Below the pieces are notes generated by a model. The model was not told the origin of the DNA. It was given only the letters and a program-made list of their open reading frames with translations, and made no database searches. Shown one piece after another: positions 1 through 12,600 of a DNA stretch of 64,000 nt. The stretch is from assembly GCA_000092065.1 (NCBI GenBank), contig CP000585.1; one strand, written 5' to 3'. The position numbers and the translations under genes are program-made. Source of the stretch: Ostreococcus lucimarinus (Eukaryota). Numbering within the stretch: the first letter of the stretch is position 1; every line of letters begins with the position of its first letter.

Positions 1-450
1 GTCCCCTCGCGCGTCGCTTCGCGCCCAGCGTTCTCCCGCGCGCCTCCGCGCGTCGCCTCGCGCGCGCTGACGCGGCGTCGTCGTCCCATCCATCGTCGCC
101 CGCTTCCCATCGCGTGTATCGTCCATCGGTCCGAGCGTTCGCCGTCGATCGATGGACGCGCGACGTCGCGAGTCACCGCGCCTCCGTCGCGTCGTCGGCG
201 GGTCGCGTCGCGTCGCGCGTCGCGCGATGGCGATTCGCGGCGATGCGCGCGCGACCGGCCGTCGCCCGACGCGTCTGTTTCCGTACTGTTTGCGCATACG
301 AGTGTAAAGCGGTCGGTCGCCGCGACCTCGTGGTCCGTGTGTCGACGTTCCGAAAGGCGATCCGACGCCGACGCGCGCGCGCGCGACGACGCGACGCGAC
401 GCGCGCGCGCGCGCGACGACGACGCGAGCTCGATCGCGGATCGCGTCGCG

Positions 451-2511
451 ATGTGCGGGATCTTCGCGTACAGTAATTGGAACTGCCCGAAGAGCCAGAA
501 GGAGATCGTCGAGAAGCTGCTCACGGGACTGAAGCGATTGGAGTACCGCGGATACGACAGCGCGGGACTGGCGCTCGAGGACGGGGAGGACGTGTCGCGG
601 ACGACGGCGAAGGTGTTTCGCGAGACGGGGAAGATCGCGAACCTGGAGGGGTTGCTGGAGGCGAGTGAGAAGGATCTGCACGGGGATTTGGTGTTCGAGT
701 CGCACTGCGGCATCGCGCACACGAGATGGGCGACGCACGGACCGCCGGCGCCGAAGAATTCGCACCCGCACACGAGCGATGAGGAGAATGATTTTTTGGT
801 GGTGCATAACGGGATCATAACGAATCATCAGGCGCTCAGGGAGACGTTGCAGCGGAAGGGGTACATGTTTGAGAGCGATACGGATACCGAGGTCATTCCA
901 AAGTTGACAAAGTATTTATTCGATAAATTTCACGATAAGTGCTCGTTCAGACAGCTGGTGATGGAGGTGTTGAGACAGTTGCACGGGGCGTACGCGCTGG
1001 CGTTTAAATCGAGGCATTACCCGGGGGAGTTGGTGGCGGCGAAGCGCGGGTCGCCGTTGCTCTTGGGCATCGCCGAGGGACCGCATCCGGGAGAGCAGCA
1101 CGCGTTGGTGACGAGCGAAGGCTTCGTGCCGACGTCTAAGCGCGCGAAGCGGACGTCGATGGAATTTTACTTCGCTTCCGACGCATCGGCCATGGTAGAG
1201 CACACTAAGCGCGTGTTGCACCTGGAGGACGACGACGTGGCGCACATTCACAACGGAGGGTACGGCATCTATCGCATGGAGAAGATTCACACCGAGGGCG
1301 AAGATTCGCCGAGTTTGGCGTATGCTCCGACGGTGAAATCCGCTGAAGTCGAGCGTACGATTGAGACGCTGACTATGGAGGTTGAGCAAATCATGAAGGG
1401 AAACTTTGATCACTTTATGAAGAAGGAAATTCACGAACAACCGGACGCGATTCAGCAGACGATGCGCGGTCGCGTCGTCTTCGACGCCGACGGAAACGTG
1501 CAACGCGTGTTCCTCGGTGGCATGGTTGATTACTTGTCCACCATTCGACGGTCACGTAGAATAATCTTGTGTGGATGCGGGACGAGTTATAACAGCGCCA
1601 TCGCTGTTCGTCAGCTCATGGAAGAACTGACCGAGTTGCCGGTGACGCTCGAGCTCGCCTCGGACGTCCTAGATCGTCAGTGCCCGTTCTTCCGCGATGA
1701 TTCCATTATTTTCATCTCGCAATCCGGTGAAACCGCGGATACTTTGCGCGCTCTCGAGTACGCGAAGTCCAAGGGGGCGTTGTGCATCGGGATCGTCAAC
1801 GTAGTCGGTTCGGCGATTTCCCGCGCCACCGATTGCGGTCTCCACATCAACGCCGGCGCCGAAATCGGCGTTGCCTCCACCAAGGCTTACACGTGCCAAA
1901 TCACCTCCATGGTGCTCCTCGCCTTGGCTCTCAGCGAAGATTCTCGCTCTCGCGCTGATCGCCGCATGGACATCATGCGCGGCGTCGTCACATTGCCAGA
2001 CACCATGCGCCGTGCGCTCGAGCTCGATCAGAAAATGCTCGCGCTCGCCCGCACTCTCGTGGACGAGAACTCTTTGCTGTTATTCGGTCGTGGTTACAAC
2101 TACGCCACCGCCCTCGAAGGCGCCCTGAAGGTGAAAGAAGTCGCCCTTCTTCACTCTGAAGGCATCTTGGCGGGTGAGATGAAACACGGTCCATTGGCGT
2201 TGGTCGACGAGACCCTTCCTTTGGTCGTCATCGCCACGCGCGATTCCTCCTACCTCAAGCAAAAGTCCGTCATCGAGCAGCTTCGCGCTCGCGACGCGCG
2301 CTGCATCTTGATCGTCAGCGAAGACGATGATTCTTTGGACAAATTCGCCTCGAACGAAGACATGATCATCAAGGTTCCCGAGGTGTGCGACTGCTTGCAA
2401 CCTTTGATCAACATCGTCCCCTTGCAGTTGCTCTCGTATCACCTCACCGTCTTGCGCGGGCACAACGTCGATCAACCGCGCAACCTCGCGAAATCGGTGA
2501 CGGTAGAATAG
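451..2511 (+). CDS. GFAT: glutamine--fructose-6-phosphate aminotransferase (GFAT/GlmS type)
   Basis: ORF 337..2511. The Ntn-hydrolase start MCGIFAY is an ATG at 451. Glutaminase domain followed by two SIS domains, 686 aa. The upstream 38 aa of the ORF are Arg/Asp-rich low complexity and rejected. Confidence 0.88.
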   Translation: MCGIFAYSNWNCPKSQKEIVEKLLTGLKRLEYRGYDSAGLALEDGEDVSRTTAKVFRETGKIANLEGLLEASEKDLHGDLVFESHCGIAHTRWATHGPPAPKNSHPHTSDEENDFLVVHNGIITNHQALRETLQRKGYMFESDTDTEVIPKLTKYLFDKFHDKCSFRQLVMEVLRQLHGAYALAFKSRHYPGELVAAKRGSPLLLGIAEGPHPGEQHALVTSEGFVPTSKRAKRTSMEFYFASDASAMVEHTKRVLHLEDDDVAHIHNGGYGIYRMEKIHTEGEDSPSLAYAPTVKSAEVERTIETLTMEVEQIMKGNFDHFMKKEIHEQPDAIQQTMRGRVVFDADGNVQRVFLGGMVDYLSTIRRSRRIILCGCGTSYNSAIAVRQLMEELTELPVTLELASDVLDRQCPFFRDDSIIFISQSGETADTLRALEYAKSKGALCIGIVNVVGSAISRATDCGLHINAGAEIGVASTKAYTCQITSMVLLALALSEDSRSRADRRMDIMRGVVTLPDTMRRALELDQKMLALARTLVDENSLLLFGRGYNYATALEGALKVKEVALLHSEGILAGEMKHGPLALVDETLPLVVIATRDSSYLKQKSVIEQLRARDARCILIVSEDDDSLDKFASNEDMIIKVPEVCDCLQPLINIVPLQLLSYHLTVLRGHNVDQPRNLAKSVTVE

Positions 2512-2672
2512 ACTGCACCAGGCATAGTCTTGATTAATAATACGTAGAGACGTAGACACGTAAAGACGAGAGAATGCGTCTCTCTGCCGCTCGCGCGCGC
2601 TCGACGCGTCCCGCTCGCCTCTTTCTTCTCCAGAGTTCGACGCCGCGCGTCCTCGCTCGGCGCAACCGCGCC

Positions 2673-4814
2673 ATGGCCGGGTTCTGGCGCCCAGGCGCGG
2701 ACGCTCCCTCGACGTCCGCGCCGTCGACTCTCTTAACTCTCGACGTCGACGCCGATGCCGACGCCACGGGGACGTTGATTCAATTCGAGAAAAATCCGAA
2801 AGCGTCGCTGAGCGCGCGTCGTCGCGCGCTCCCGATCGCGGCGCACGCGGACGAATTGATGTACTGCGTCGAGAAACATCAAACCACGGTCATCGTCGGG
2901 CACACGGGGTGCGGAAAGACGACGCAGATACCGCAGTACCTGCGAGACGGCGGCTGGTGCGGCGGCGGCGCGACTGTGGCGGTGACGCAGCCGAGACGAG
3001 TGGCGGCGCAGACGGTGGCGCAACGCGTCGCAGAGGAGGTAGGGTGTGTGATAGGGGATACAGTTGGGTACGCGATACGATTTGAGGACGTGTGCACGCC
3101 GGGGAAGACGGAGATTAAATTTTGCACGGATGGAGCGCTGTTGCGCGAGCTCGCGGAGGATCCGTTGTTGACAAAGTATTCGGTGGTGATAGTGGACGAG
3201 GCGCACGAGCGCACGTTAGCGACGGACGTGTTGTTAGGATTATTGAAGAAAGTGCAGCGCGCGAGAAGGGATTTGCGGTTGATCGTGTCGAGCGCGACGA
3301 TTCAGGCGGAATCATTCGCGGCGTTCTTTGACGCGAGCGGCGAGGACGACGACGGCGATGGACCTTCGAGAAAGCCCATCATCATGTCCGTCGAAGGTCG
3401 AGCGCACGGTGTGTTGATTCATTATCTGGATGAACCGACCGGAGATTACGTGTTGAGCGCGGTAGAGACGGCGTTGGAAGTGCATCGAAACGAAGGACCA
3501 GGTGATATATTAATCTTTCTCACAGGCGAGGGCGAGATCGACGACGCCGTCAACTTGCTCGAAGAGGAAGCGCGAGAGATGAAACGCGATCCGAGACGGT
3601 CACACGATGCGCTGGATTTAGTGGTTTGTCCACTGTATGCGGGATTAAATCCTGCGGCGCAGTTGGAGGCGTTTCGACCGCCGCGCAGAGGCGCGCGCAA
3701 AGTCGTCGTGGCGACAAACGTTGCCGAAACGTCTGTGACGATTGAAGGTGTCGTGTACGTCATAGATTCATGCTTTGCGAAGCAAAAGGCGTTCGACCCA
3801 GAGCGCGGCATGGAGAGTTTGTTCGTCGCACCCGCGAGCAAGGCGAGTACGAACCAACGCGCCGGTCGCGCCGGTCGCGTGCGTCCGGGTAAATGCTTTC
3901 GCTTGTGCACCGAGATTGACTATCGCTCGTTGGCCGACGTCACGGCTCCGGAGATCGTTCGAAGTGACCTCGCGAGTACGGTTTTGCAGATCAAGGCGAT
4001 GGGTATTGATAATATCATGAACTTTGAGTGGGTGTCGCCGCCGCCCGCGGCGAACATGATCAAGGCGCTCGAGCTTTTATACGCGCTCAGGGCTTTGGAC
4101 GACGACGCCAAGCTCACGAGTCCGCTCGGCGTGCACTTAGCCGAAATCCCACTCGAGCCGCAGCTAGGGAAGATGCTCCTCGTGAGTGGAGAGATGGGAT
4201 GCGTAAGGGAAGCGTTGACTGTCGCGGCGTACATGCAAGTGCAGTCGTTGTGGGTCACGCATCGCGGGCAAAAGAAACGCTTAGATGAGATGCGCGACCG
4301 CTTTGCCGTGGAAGAAGGAGACGCAGTGATGATGTTGAACATCCACGACGCGTACTGTGACGCGAGAAACCAGGCAAAGTTTGCGAGCAACAACATGCTC
4401 AATCATCGAGCGCTGCTTCGGGCTGGAGATGTACGCAGTCAATTGAAAAAGCATCTCGCTAGACTGGGAGTCGTCACGAATTCGTCTTGCGGCGATGATA
4501 CGGTACCAATTCGACGTGCGATTGCTGCTGGGTTCTTTGCTAACGCTGCAACGCTCGCGCCCTACGGTGGCGGCCCCGATGGTTCCGTCTTTCATTCTCT
4601 CCGCGCGATGAGTGCGCGCGCGCGTGCTCGAGAGCTCCGAATACATCCAAGCTCCGCGCTGTTCCGCTCGCGACCGCAATGCGTGGCGTATTGCTCCGCC
4701 GTTCGCACAGATCGCGAGTACATGCGCGACGTCACCGTCGTCGAAGCCGATTGGTTGCGCGAGCTCGCGCCGCACTTCTATCGCGCGGTGAGCGCCAATC
4801 CGACGACGCAATAG
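2673..4814 (+). CDS. DHX35: DEAH-box ATP-dependent RNA helicase, DHX35-like
   Basis: ORF 2574..4814. N-terminus MAGFWRPG (ATG 2673) matches DHX35 MAAPVGPVKFWRPG. Motifs GHTGCGKTTQIPQYL, VVIVDEAHERT, SAT, FLTGEGEID, QRAGRAGR. Helicase-associated HA2/OB-type C-terminal region. Confidence 0.85.
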   Translation: MAGFWRPGADAPSTSAPSTLLTLDVDADADATGTLIQFEKNPKASLSARRRALPIAAHADELMYCVEKHQTTVIVGHTGCGKTTQIPQYLRDGGWCGGGATVAVTQPRRVAAQTVAQRVAEEVGCVIGDTVGYAIRFEDVCTPGKTEIKFCTDGALLRELAEDPLLTKYSVVIVDEAHERTLATDVLLGLLKKVQRARRDLRLIVSSATIQAESFAAFFDASGEDDDGDGPSRKPIIMSVEGRAHGVLIHYLDEPTGDYVLSAVETALEVHRNEGPGDILIFLTGEGEIDDAVNLLEEEAREMKRDPRRSHDALDLVVCPLYAGLNPAAQLEAFRPPRRGARKVVVATNVAETSVTIEGVVYVIDSCFAKQKAFDPERGMESLFVAPASKASTNQRAGRAGRVRPGKCFRLCTEIDYRSLADVTAPEIVRSDLASTVLQIKAMGIDNIMNFEWVSPPPAANMIKALELLYALRALDDDAKLTSPLGVHLAEIPLEPQLGKMLLVSGEMGCVREALTVAAYMQVQSLWVTHRGQKKRLDEMRDRFAVEEGDAVMMLNIHDAYCDARNQAKFASNNMLNHRALLRAGDVRSQLKKHLARLGVVTNSSCGDDTVPIRRAIAAGFFANAATLAPYGGGPDGSVFHSLRAMSARARARELRIHPSSALFRSRPQCVAYCSAVRTDREYMRDVTVVEADWLRELAPHFYRAVSANPTTQ

Positions 4815-4843
4815 ATAGCCGTTTTAGCGATTAAAATTACAAA

Positions 4844-5992
4844 CTAGGAGTTTCGTCGATTCACGACTGATATATCACCATCCTTTAGAACAGAAACCTC
4901 GAGAACACCACTCGATCTCGTCGCAACTTTGCCGACAACCTCGACATGAACATCCGTGTCGGGGTAGGGGTTGTCCGAGAGACTCACCGTGATGTCGCCC
5001 CTGGGTTTCGACATTTGACAACCGCGCTTTTTACCGACGACCTCGGGCAACTTGTCATCAAGAAATCTAGCATAGCCGCTCGCCGCGCTACCCGTCACGG
5101 GATCTTCGTCGATACCGACATCCGGCCCAAACCATCGCGTGTAGAAATCGTACGAATGATTCGGCCGATTTTTCACCGTCAAGAGCACGCACAAACCACG
5201 AAAACCTTGAACCATTTCAAAGTCGTACTTCATTTCCTCGATGAAGCACCTCCCCACTTCCGATATCGCCTTCAGATCGGGCGCGTGATTCATGAAGCGG
5301 TCGAAACACGCCTCAAACACCTCGTCGGGTGCATCATCCGTGTCGATTATGAAAAACAAGTCGCCGATGAAGTTGTACCGAAGCTCGTACTTCGCCTTGG
5401 AAGTCGCAGAGCTCTGCGAGTTCGAGCGCTCGTGGTCGTCGCCAAAGCAGCCTCGAATCATGTTCACGATTTCTTGAGGGTGTAAGAACCCATCCTCACC
5501 AAGCGCGTCCGGAAAGGATCTCGCGCGTTCCTCCGGAAGTGCCATCGCGTAGGACGACTCTACACCGCCGTCCAAATCTTTCCACACGAACAACGACTCG
5601 TAAGCGGCTTTCACTTGTGTTCCATCGCACACATCACGCGGCTTGCCGTATAAAAATCCAATCTTAGTGACGTGCTCGTTCCCCGGCGCTCGAAAAATCT
5701 CGTGCGCCGTCGCCATCGACGCGTGCCCGCACAGATTGATCTCGCACTTTGGCGTAAACCACCGTATGTCGTACATCCGATGCACCATCGCGCCGACGAC
5801 CTCCACGTCTGCCCGCTTCGCGAACGCCGTCTCGCTCAAGCCTAATTCGCTCGCCGCCGCCTGCATCACCGCGTCCGGCGGCCACGGTCCATCGTCCGGC
5901 AAAAGCACCACGGCCGCGGGATTCCCACTGTCGTCGCCTTTCGTCGCCGACGGGAACGCGTTCGCGATCGCGTACGCGTGCCTCGTCGTCAT
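4844..5992 (-). CDS. PhzF-family (phenazine biosynthesis-like / PBLD-type) isomerase-fold protein
   Basis: ORF 4844..6208 minus. Start taken at MTTRHAYAIANAF (ATG 5992..5990). Hallmarks GNPAAVVLLP, RWFTP..E..LCGHA and EDPVTGSA. The upstream 72 aa of the ORF read through a (GATT)n microsatellite and are rejected. Confidence 0.75.
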   Translation of the reverse strand: MTTRHAYAIANAFPSATKGDDSGNPAAVVLLPDDGPWPPDAVMQAAASELGLSETAFAKRADVEVVGAMVHRMYDIRWFTPKCEINLCGHASMATAHEIFRAPGNEHVTKIGFLYGKPRDVCDGTQVKAAYESLFVWKDLDGGVESSYAMALPEERARSFPDALGEDGFLHPQEIVNMIRGCFGDDHERSNSQSSATSKAKYELRYNFIGDLFFIIDTDDAPDEVFEACFDRFMNHAPDLKAISEVGRCFIEEMKYDFEMVQGFRGLCVLLTVKNRPNHSYDFYTRWFGPDVGIDEDPVTGSAASGYARFLDDKLPEVVGKKRGCQMSKPRGDITVSLSDNPYPDTDVHVEVVGKVATRSSGVLEVSVLKDGDISVVNRRNS

Positions 5993-5995
5993 GTC

Positions 5996-6023
5996 TGATT
6001 GATTGATTGATTGATTGATTGAT
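5996..6023. repeat. (TGAT)7 microsatellite, 3 nt upstream of the PhzF-like ATG
   Basis: tgattgattgattgattgattgattgat read directly from the sequence. Confidence 0.9.
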
Positions 6024-6674
6024 CGACGCAACCGTTTCGCTTCGCAACCGTCGACGCGCGCCGCCGGTCGCAAAAGAAACAGCGCGCGCTTCGCGCCGGC
6101 GACGCGCCGACCGCGCCGCGGCCCGCTCTCGCGCGCTCCCCGCTCGCCGCTCGCGGCGGCCGGTGACGCAGTTCGGTTCCCCGCCTCGCGCGGTGTCCGG
6201 CGCTCCAACCGCGCCGCGGCGCCCCGTCAGGGACGCCGCGACGCGGACCGCGAGCTCGAAGGCGGACGCGCGATCCGCGCGGATGGATTCCGCGGCCGTC
6301 GACGCGTCGCGGACGCGGCACGCGCGCTCGCCCTCCGCGCGGAGTTACAAGCCACCGCGACGTGACCCGGCGAAACGTTCATGGCGCCGTTCGGCGCGCA
6401 CTACGACGATCGAGCGCTAAAAAATCTAGACGGACGCGTCGGACGCCGCGCGGGATGGAAATTACGGGTTTTTCGTGAAGAAGGGAATCTTAAATCGCAT
6501 CGTCGTCGGCGATCAATCTCGCGCGCGCGGACGCGCGAGACGCGCGTCGCGCGCGCGGATCGATCGTGGATCGATCGCTTGGGTCGATCGGGGGTCAAGA
6601 CGCGCGCGATCGGGCGAGACGGGCGCGCGGACGCGAGAGACGCGGCGGTGCGACGGTGATTATCGACGCGACAG

Positions 6675-9600
6675 TTGTGGGACGCGCGCGCGCGCGACGA
6701 CGACGACGCGCGCGCGGGGGGGGCGACGGGATCGATGACGACGTCGGGATCGACGTGGCGCGCGATACGACGGGGAGGATCGATGCACGCGCCGGCGACG
6801 GGGACGCGGCACGGGTCGATGTCGTCCAACGGCGGGTCGTTCAACGGGACGAGCGGCGCGGCGGCGAACGACGGCGGCGGAGGGTTTCGAGCGGCGGTGA
6901 TCGATGCGAACGAGATCGACGCGCCGCACGTGGAAGCGTTGGTGGCGTCGAAACGCGCGCGGTGGTTGGCGCTGGAGATGGGAGCGAACGATGGGTGGGC
7001 GCGAGGGGCGGAGACGAGCGAACGCGCGAGGGAGCGATACGACGAGGAGGAGGACGAGACGAGACAGACGACGTCCGCGTCGACGTCGACGTCGGGTGAG
7101 GGTGAGAGTGATGCCGGTGCGAACGATGATGTCAGCGAAGATGGGTCGCTGATGCGTTTGTACGACACGGGCATTCGAGGGACGCACCCGCTGCCCGGTT
7201 CGCTCGCGCTTCCGAAGACGCCGGCGAGCGCGTTGGGGAAAATGCCCGCTGTTTCCTTGAGCGCGGCGACGCGCGAAAGGCAAACCGTGAGATTCACGTT
7301 GGAAATCGCGGAGATTTACTTTGAAGTCGGGGCGCTGGAGACCATCGAAGGGACGATGGCGCTTTACGACGTACAAACGCGCACAAAGGTGAGCGAAAAT
7401 TTCCACTTCTCTTGGCCGAATGCAAAACAGAGCACGATCGCGGCGTTCACCGTACCCGCCGAGTCGCTCACGCTCAACATTCGTCTTCTCGTACATTTCA
7501 CTCATCTCGCCGCGGATGAGGGTGGGATCGAGGACAAGGTGTACACGTACAAGGATTTGCGCAAGGCCAAGGTGCATGCCGAGAAGGAGCGGCAACGCGT
7601 GCTCGGTATGGAAGCGCTTCGTCAGCATGAAGCGCAAGCGAGTCAAAAGTCAGCTGCATCAGTGCACTCATCCGACGGCAGCACTCAGTTAGCCGCGAAT
7701 GAGGTCGAGAACCCGAACATTTCCAAGAGGCGGAACACGCTCGCGTGGGCCGTGCTGCCGATTTTCGACGCGCGCGCGGGCGCCGCGCCGGACAGAGCCA
7801 CACTACTCAGCGAAACGAAGTGTAGCGAGATGTACCGTGTGAAAGAGGCTTACACCGAATTCTCACTCATGGAGGCGGCGATCTCGAGCGGGACGAGCCA
7901 CTCTTTGAAGTCTCACAAACCGATTAGATGCAAGCTGGTTTGTCTGTTGAATCCGCTCGACGTGCCCGCGCCGGGCGCGGAGACGAACGCGTTTAAATTC
8001 CCTCCTGGTTTAGTGCACGTCAAAGAATTGCTTTCGTTTTGTCCTCGCACGCAAAATGGTGAGCTCGATTGGGAAACCGCATGGGGTGGCGCCGTAGACG
8101 ACGGTTTGTCGAGAGATTTGTACGTGTACGTCAAGACGATTGACATCGGCAAACGACAAGATCTTCGTGTGCGCATGCAGCTCAGAGACGATGATTTAGA
8201 CATAGACGGTAGAGGATTGCTCGCATTTCCATCACCTTGCGGGCGCGGACTTTGTCGCGAAAGTTGGACGGCGATGAGTCGCTTGCGATCAAAGGGGGGT
8301 GTTTTTTACCACGAGGCGCGAGTGCGTTTGCCGGTGCGATTGAATCCGTCACATCACCTAGTGTTGAGTATTTTTGGAGCACAGAGTGCCTCGACCGGCC
8401 TTTTTAGCGCTGGCGCTGGAGAAGAAGAATTGCTCGGACACTCGGTCATCAATCTCTGCTCGCAACCAGAGACGTTAGCGTCGAAGATTGCAAGTGCGAC
8501 GACGCCCACGGGTGGCGATTTAAGTCTCGTCGCCGTGCGCGAGCTCTTGCCGAAATACTTGCAGTCGAACGTCCGAACGCACATGCCGTACTGGGAAGAA
8601 CGAAAAGAGTGTGTGCATGTGAGACTTCGACTCGCATCTACCATGCACACGGGGGACGTTCACATAGGCGCTCTCTTTGCCGCCTCTGCGGCGTGGTGCA
8701 ACGCGCAAACGCCCGAAACGGAGGATAAGCTACGAATCGCTGTGAGCGAACTCTCTCTCGCGAGTGATCGCGCATTGATTCAACACTTGCCCGCGATATT
8801 GAACTTGTTGGTGAGTTTGACGCTGCGAATCGCCGATCCAGAAGTAGAGATGGACCAAACAGAGGAACAACTTAGCTCACGTTTGAGCAAGGATTCGCGA
8901 AGAGATGATGATGACGACGCAATTTCCCTCGCCTCAGCCGCACTGAGCGACGATTTGGCGGGCAGCATCGATACTATCGCGAACAAACAGCAATCACTCA
9001 TTTCGTCGCTTTCGAAGAACGAACGCGTTGATGAAACTCAAGACATCGGAACCTTGGCGTTCCACACCCTTGTGCGTGTCGTGGCCGCGGTTCAACGCGT
9101 CGACCCTGGCCCGAAGCCTGCCGTCGCCGGTGTCGTGAGTCATAGTCCTCCTCTTGAAGCTTATATTACACTCGCCTTCGGTTCTCTCGAACGGTCGTCA
9201 AGCAAACAGTTGACAAAGTTACAAACGCTCGGGACGTCGCGAAGCAACGTCCCAGTGCACGCTGTCCTTGCCAAGCGATATTCAGCCGTGTTGGGAGCAA
9301 TACGAGAGTCTTACATTCCTTACGAAGAGGCGTTGTCTATGTCGTGGTTCTTTCTCGGTATGATATACCGTGCCATTGCGCTCGACCGCGCTCAGTCTCC
9401 GAGCGATACGATTTCTATGGAACACGACGACGCGGCGCTAAGACAAGTTGTCGACATCCTGTCGAATGAAGTGAAGACTCGCGGCGAGCGCACGTCGCCC
9501 TCGAACGCCGATCTCGAGCAGGCGAGAAATCTGAACTGTGGGGTCGCCATGTTCTTAACAGCGTTATTCACTGTTCCCGGGATCAAGAAGCAAATGGACG

Positions 9601-12600
9601 GTGCGAAAGACGTCAAAACTCTGGGACGCGCTGGTCCGCTTGCGCCGTTGGCGACGACTCTCGCGGCGTTGCACGTCAAGAGTCTCGGCGAAGGCAACGC
9701 TGTGCACACAGCGTTGTTGCGCGAGTTCTTCGATACTCTGTGCGCATCACCGGTGATACTGGACATCATCACAGCATCTGCCGTCTATGAAGGTAAGAAT
9801 GGTTGGACTCAAGAGACGGCAAAGTTTAGCGCCGGTGACGTCCTCGTCAACGCCTTTACTGATGCAATGGAGTCAAATTTGCTGACAATCGATCCCATGC
9901 GACCGCACGGCGTCAAAAGAGCCGAATGCGCGACTCGGATTATTGCGTCAGCACTCACGAGGCATGCATGGGATCGCGCGTGGCAGTCCACGGGCGCACG
10001 TCGATCCATCGCCGCCGCGTACGCGCCGCTCCTGCGCTTACTCATCGCGCAATGTCAAACCATTGAAACCCTACCCCTAGTGGCACGCAGAGACGCTTTG
10101 GTGAGCATTCTCTCATTAGCTCGCGATTCCGACGCGAATAAACTTTGGACTTGGCTCAGTGACGACGCCTCACGAATGAAACACTTCGTGAGCATCCTTT
10201 CGATGGCGGCTAAAGACTTTGCCTACGAGCGCGACGAAAAGGGAGCGTGGTCGCCCGCCGGCCCGGTGTCCGTAGACGTCTTGGATTCTCAAATCGTTTC
10301 GGACAGACGCATGGGCGCAGGTCATCTAAACACATGCGTGTACATGATCGTTTTGCGTCTGATACGCGAATGGCACGCGCGTGGTAGCTCGAAGTCGAAC
10401 TGGGGCGTCATACGCGTCGCGGCTCGAGCGATGGGCTATCGCAGCAAAGTTCCAGATCCAAATGAGACGGTGCAGATCACGAGGTCTGTGTCATTATCTC
10501 CATCGGAGTCGTTATCGTTCGACGATTTTGCCAGAGAAGGTACGCAGGGCGACGAGGAGTGTGAAGTTGAATCGTTCAACGCGTTGGAGGGCGTCTTGGG
10601 CGTGATGCTCGCTATTTTATCGAGGCCGCAGAGCGCTGCCGCTTGGAAATTGTCGGCGCCAATTTTGAATTCACTCTTAAGAGAACACAGAAAGGTGCTC
10701 ATGGCGTCGTTGCACCAACGTAAGGATAATGTTCCGATAGAAGATTATCCACCGAAGCCCGCGAAGGCACCAGGAGTAAGTCCGTACGCATTTTTACAAG
10801 GTGCCGCCATCGCGGTGTTCAAAGCCGCGGCGCGTCCACCGCCCACGCGTGATCTCGCAGTGGCAAGTTTACGAACGATGCTCGAGGCCGCTGTGGATAT
10901 CTTTGGTACGAGTGAACAACTGTGTCCGACGCTGATTTACGCCATGCATGCCGCGTTCTTTCCGTTGAGACCCATTTCATGCGCAGATGGTGTGGCAATT
11001 TCCTTGGAGGCTCTCAAATCCGGCAACGAGGTGAGCCCGGCGGGTTGGAACAACTCGGTCAAGGAAACGCTGCAAACGCTTCAGTATGCGGAGATCTGCA
11101 TTCGAAAATTAGCAAACGCGACGATGAATCCAAGTTCGATGTTCGATGTATCGTGTGCGGTTGAGCTCGAGTCATCGCTTGCGCTCGCTCTCAAGTCTTC
11201 TCCCGCGGCGCACGTCAAGGTGTTGCATTCGTTGTCAAATAGACTCGCCGCGAACGAGCACTGGGTGGAAGCCGCGGAAGCATCGACGGCTGCTGGCATC
11301 ATCGCTATGCAAGCTTTCTCAATTGCCGCTCCTACGTTGTGTGTGTGGTTCGATCACGATGTGCAGTCATTGCGAGACTCATTCTTTGCTTTACCCGACG
11401 GCGCATCGCCAGTTCCTGCTGTCGCCGGCATCCGCTGTGGCACGGAAGAAATCAGCGAGGCACAAATATTAACTCATCTATCTCGAGCGGTGGACTTGTT
11501 TACCAAGGGTGGTCACCTCGAAGCTGCAATCCGCGTCAACGAAACCGCGCAAATCGCATGGGAGACGCACAGACAGTTTGATTCGCTGAGCGAATCACAC
11601 GCCATGATGGCTGAACTTTTCCGCCGTCTCGACGCGACATCTGGCGTTGGCGATCCCAAGCGCTACGAATGGGACATCACGAGTAAACCACCACCTGAGT
11701 CGGCGACATTTTGGCGTATACGTCTACTCGGTGATGTGTGGGATAAAATGCAAGGTTTGGAGTGGGTCTATCGCGAGAGCCAAGATCGAACGCTCGGCGA
11801 CATGAATAAAAAGATCATCTCGCAACTTTCGCCGTATCTTCCTTCAGGTACACGCGTCACGGCAATGTCAACGAATGCAGAAAGTGTGATCGAAGAAGGA
11901 TGTGCCGGTGTGCAAATAACAGCGGTGCAGAGAGACTTAGAGTCGATTAATCAAGCCGCCATTGGTGGCGGCGTTGGCGGCACTGGTTTCACACGGTGTG
12001 GGCGGTTCATGTTTGACACTCCAGTTTTGTTCACCGAAGACGGTGAGGTCAGTCAAGGGCAAGGTGCAGTCGTCGCATCCCTTCGTTATCAAGGACGACG
12101 CCGTACGATTATCACGGTCGATGGGCAGTTCCCAAGTCTTCTCCCCCGTGCGCCCATTATTGACACCACTGTCGAAGAAATGAACCCGTGTCAGAGCGCG
12201 ATTCAAATGCTCGAGGAGCAAACCATCGCGTTATTAGCAGCGGCGCACGCTCGTAGACCTCACGCTGAGCTCTTACAAAGGTTACTACAAGGATCTCTTG
12301 CGGCTGGCGTGAACGGCGGCGTACCGTCGTTGATACATTCATTTTTTCGAACCGAATTGCCGAGCGCGGTAGCGTATCATGGTGAAGCGATGCGTGAGGC
12401 TGAATTTTTGACGCCTGCGCGCGCTGTCGAAGTTTCGCCAGAAACACCGACTCCATCATCGCGCCATTCGACGCCGAGGTTACCGATGATTCACCACAAG
12501 CGAGGCTTGAGTGAAAATGCCGTCCCCATGGGTGCCGGCATTCCGCTCGACACGCCGACGAGCGCATCGTATCCGACGCCATCACCGAGCGCAAAAGCAC

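Noticed and set aside
337-450. N-terminal 38-aa extension of the GFAT ORF
   Set aside because: GFAT requires Cys2 as the Ntn nucleophile directly after the initiator Met (MCGIFAY). The extension is Arg/Asp low complexity.
6401-7646. Two overlapping minus-strand ORFs (298 and 328 aa) and several plus-strand Arg-rich ORFs between the PhzF-like and DOCK genes
   Set aside because: Low-complexity Arg/Pro/Ser composition, mutually overlapping in several frames, antisense to the DOCK 5' region. No recognisable domain.
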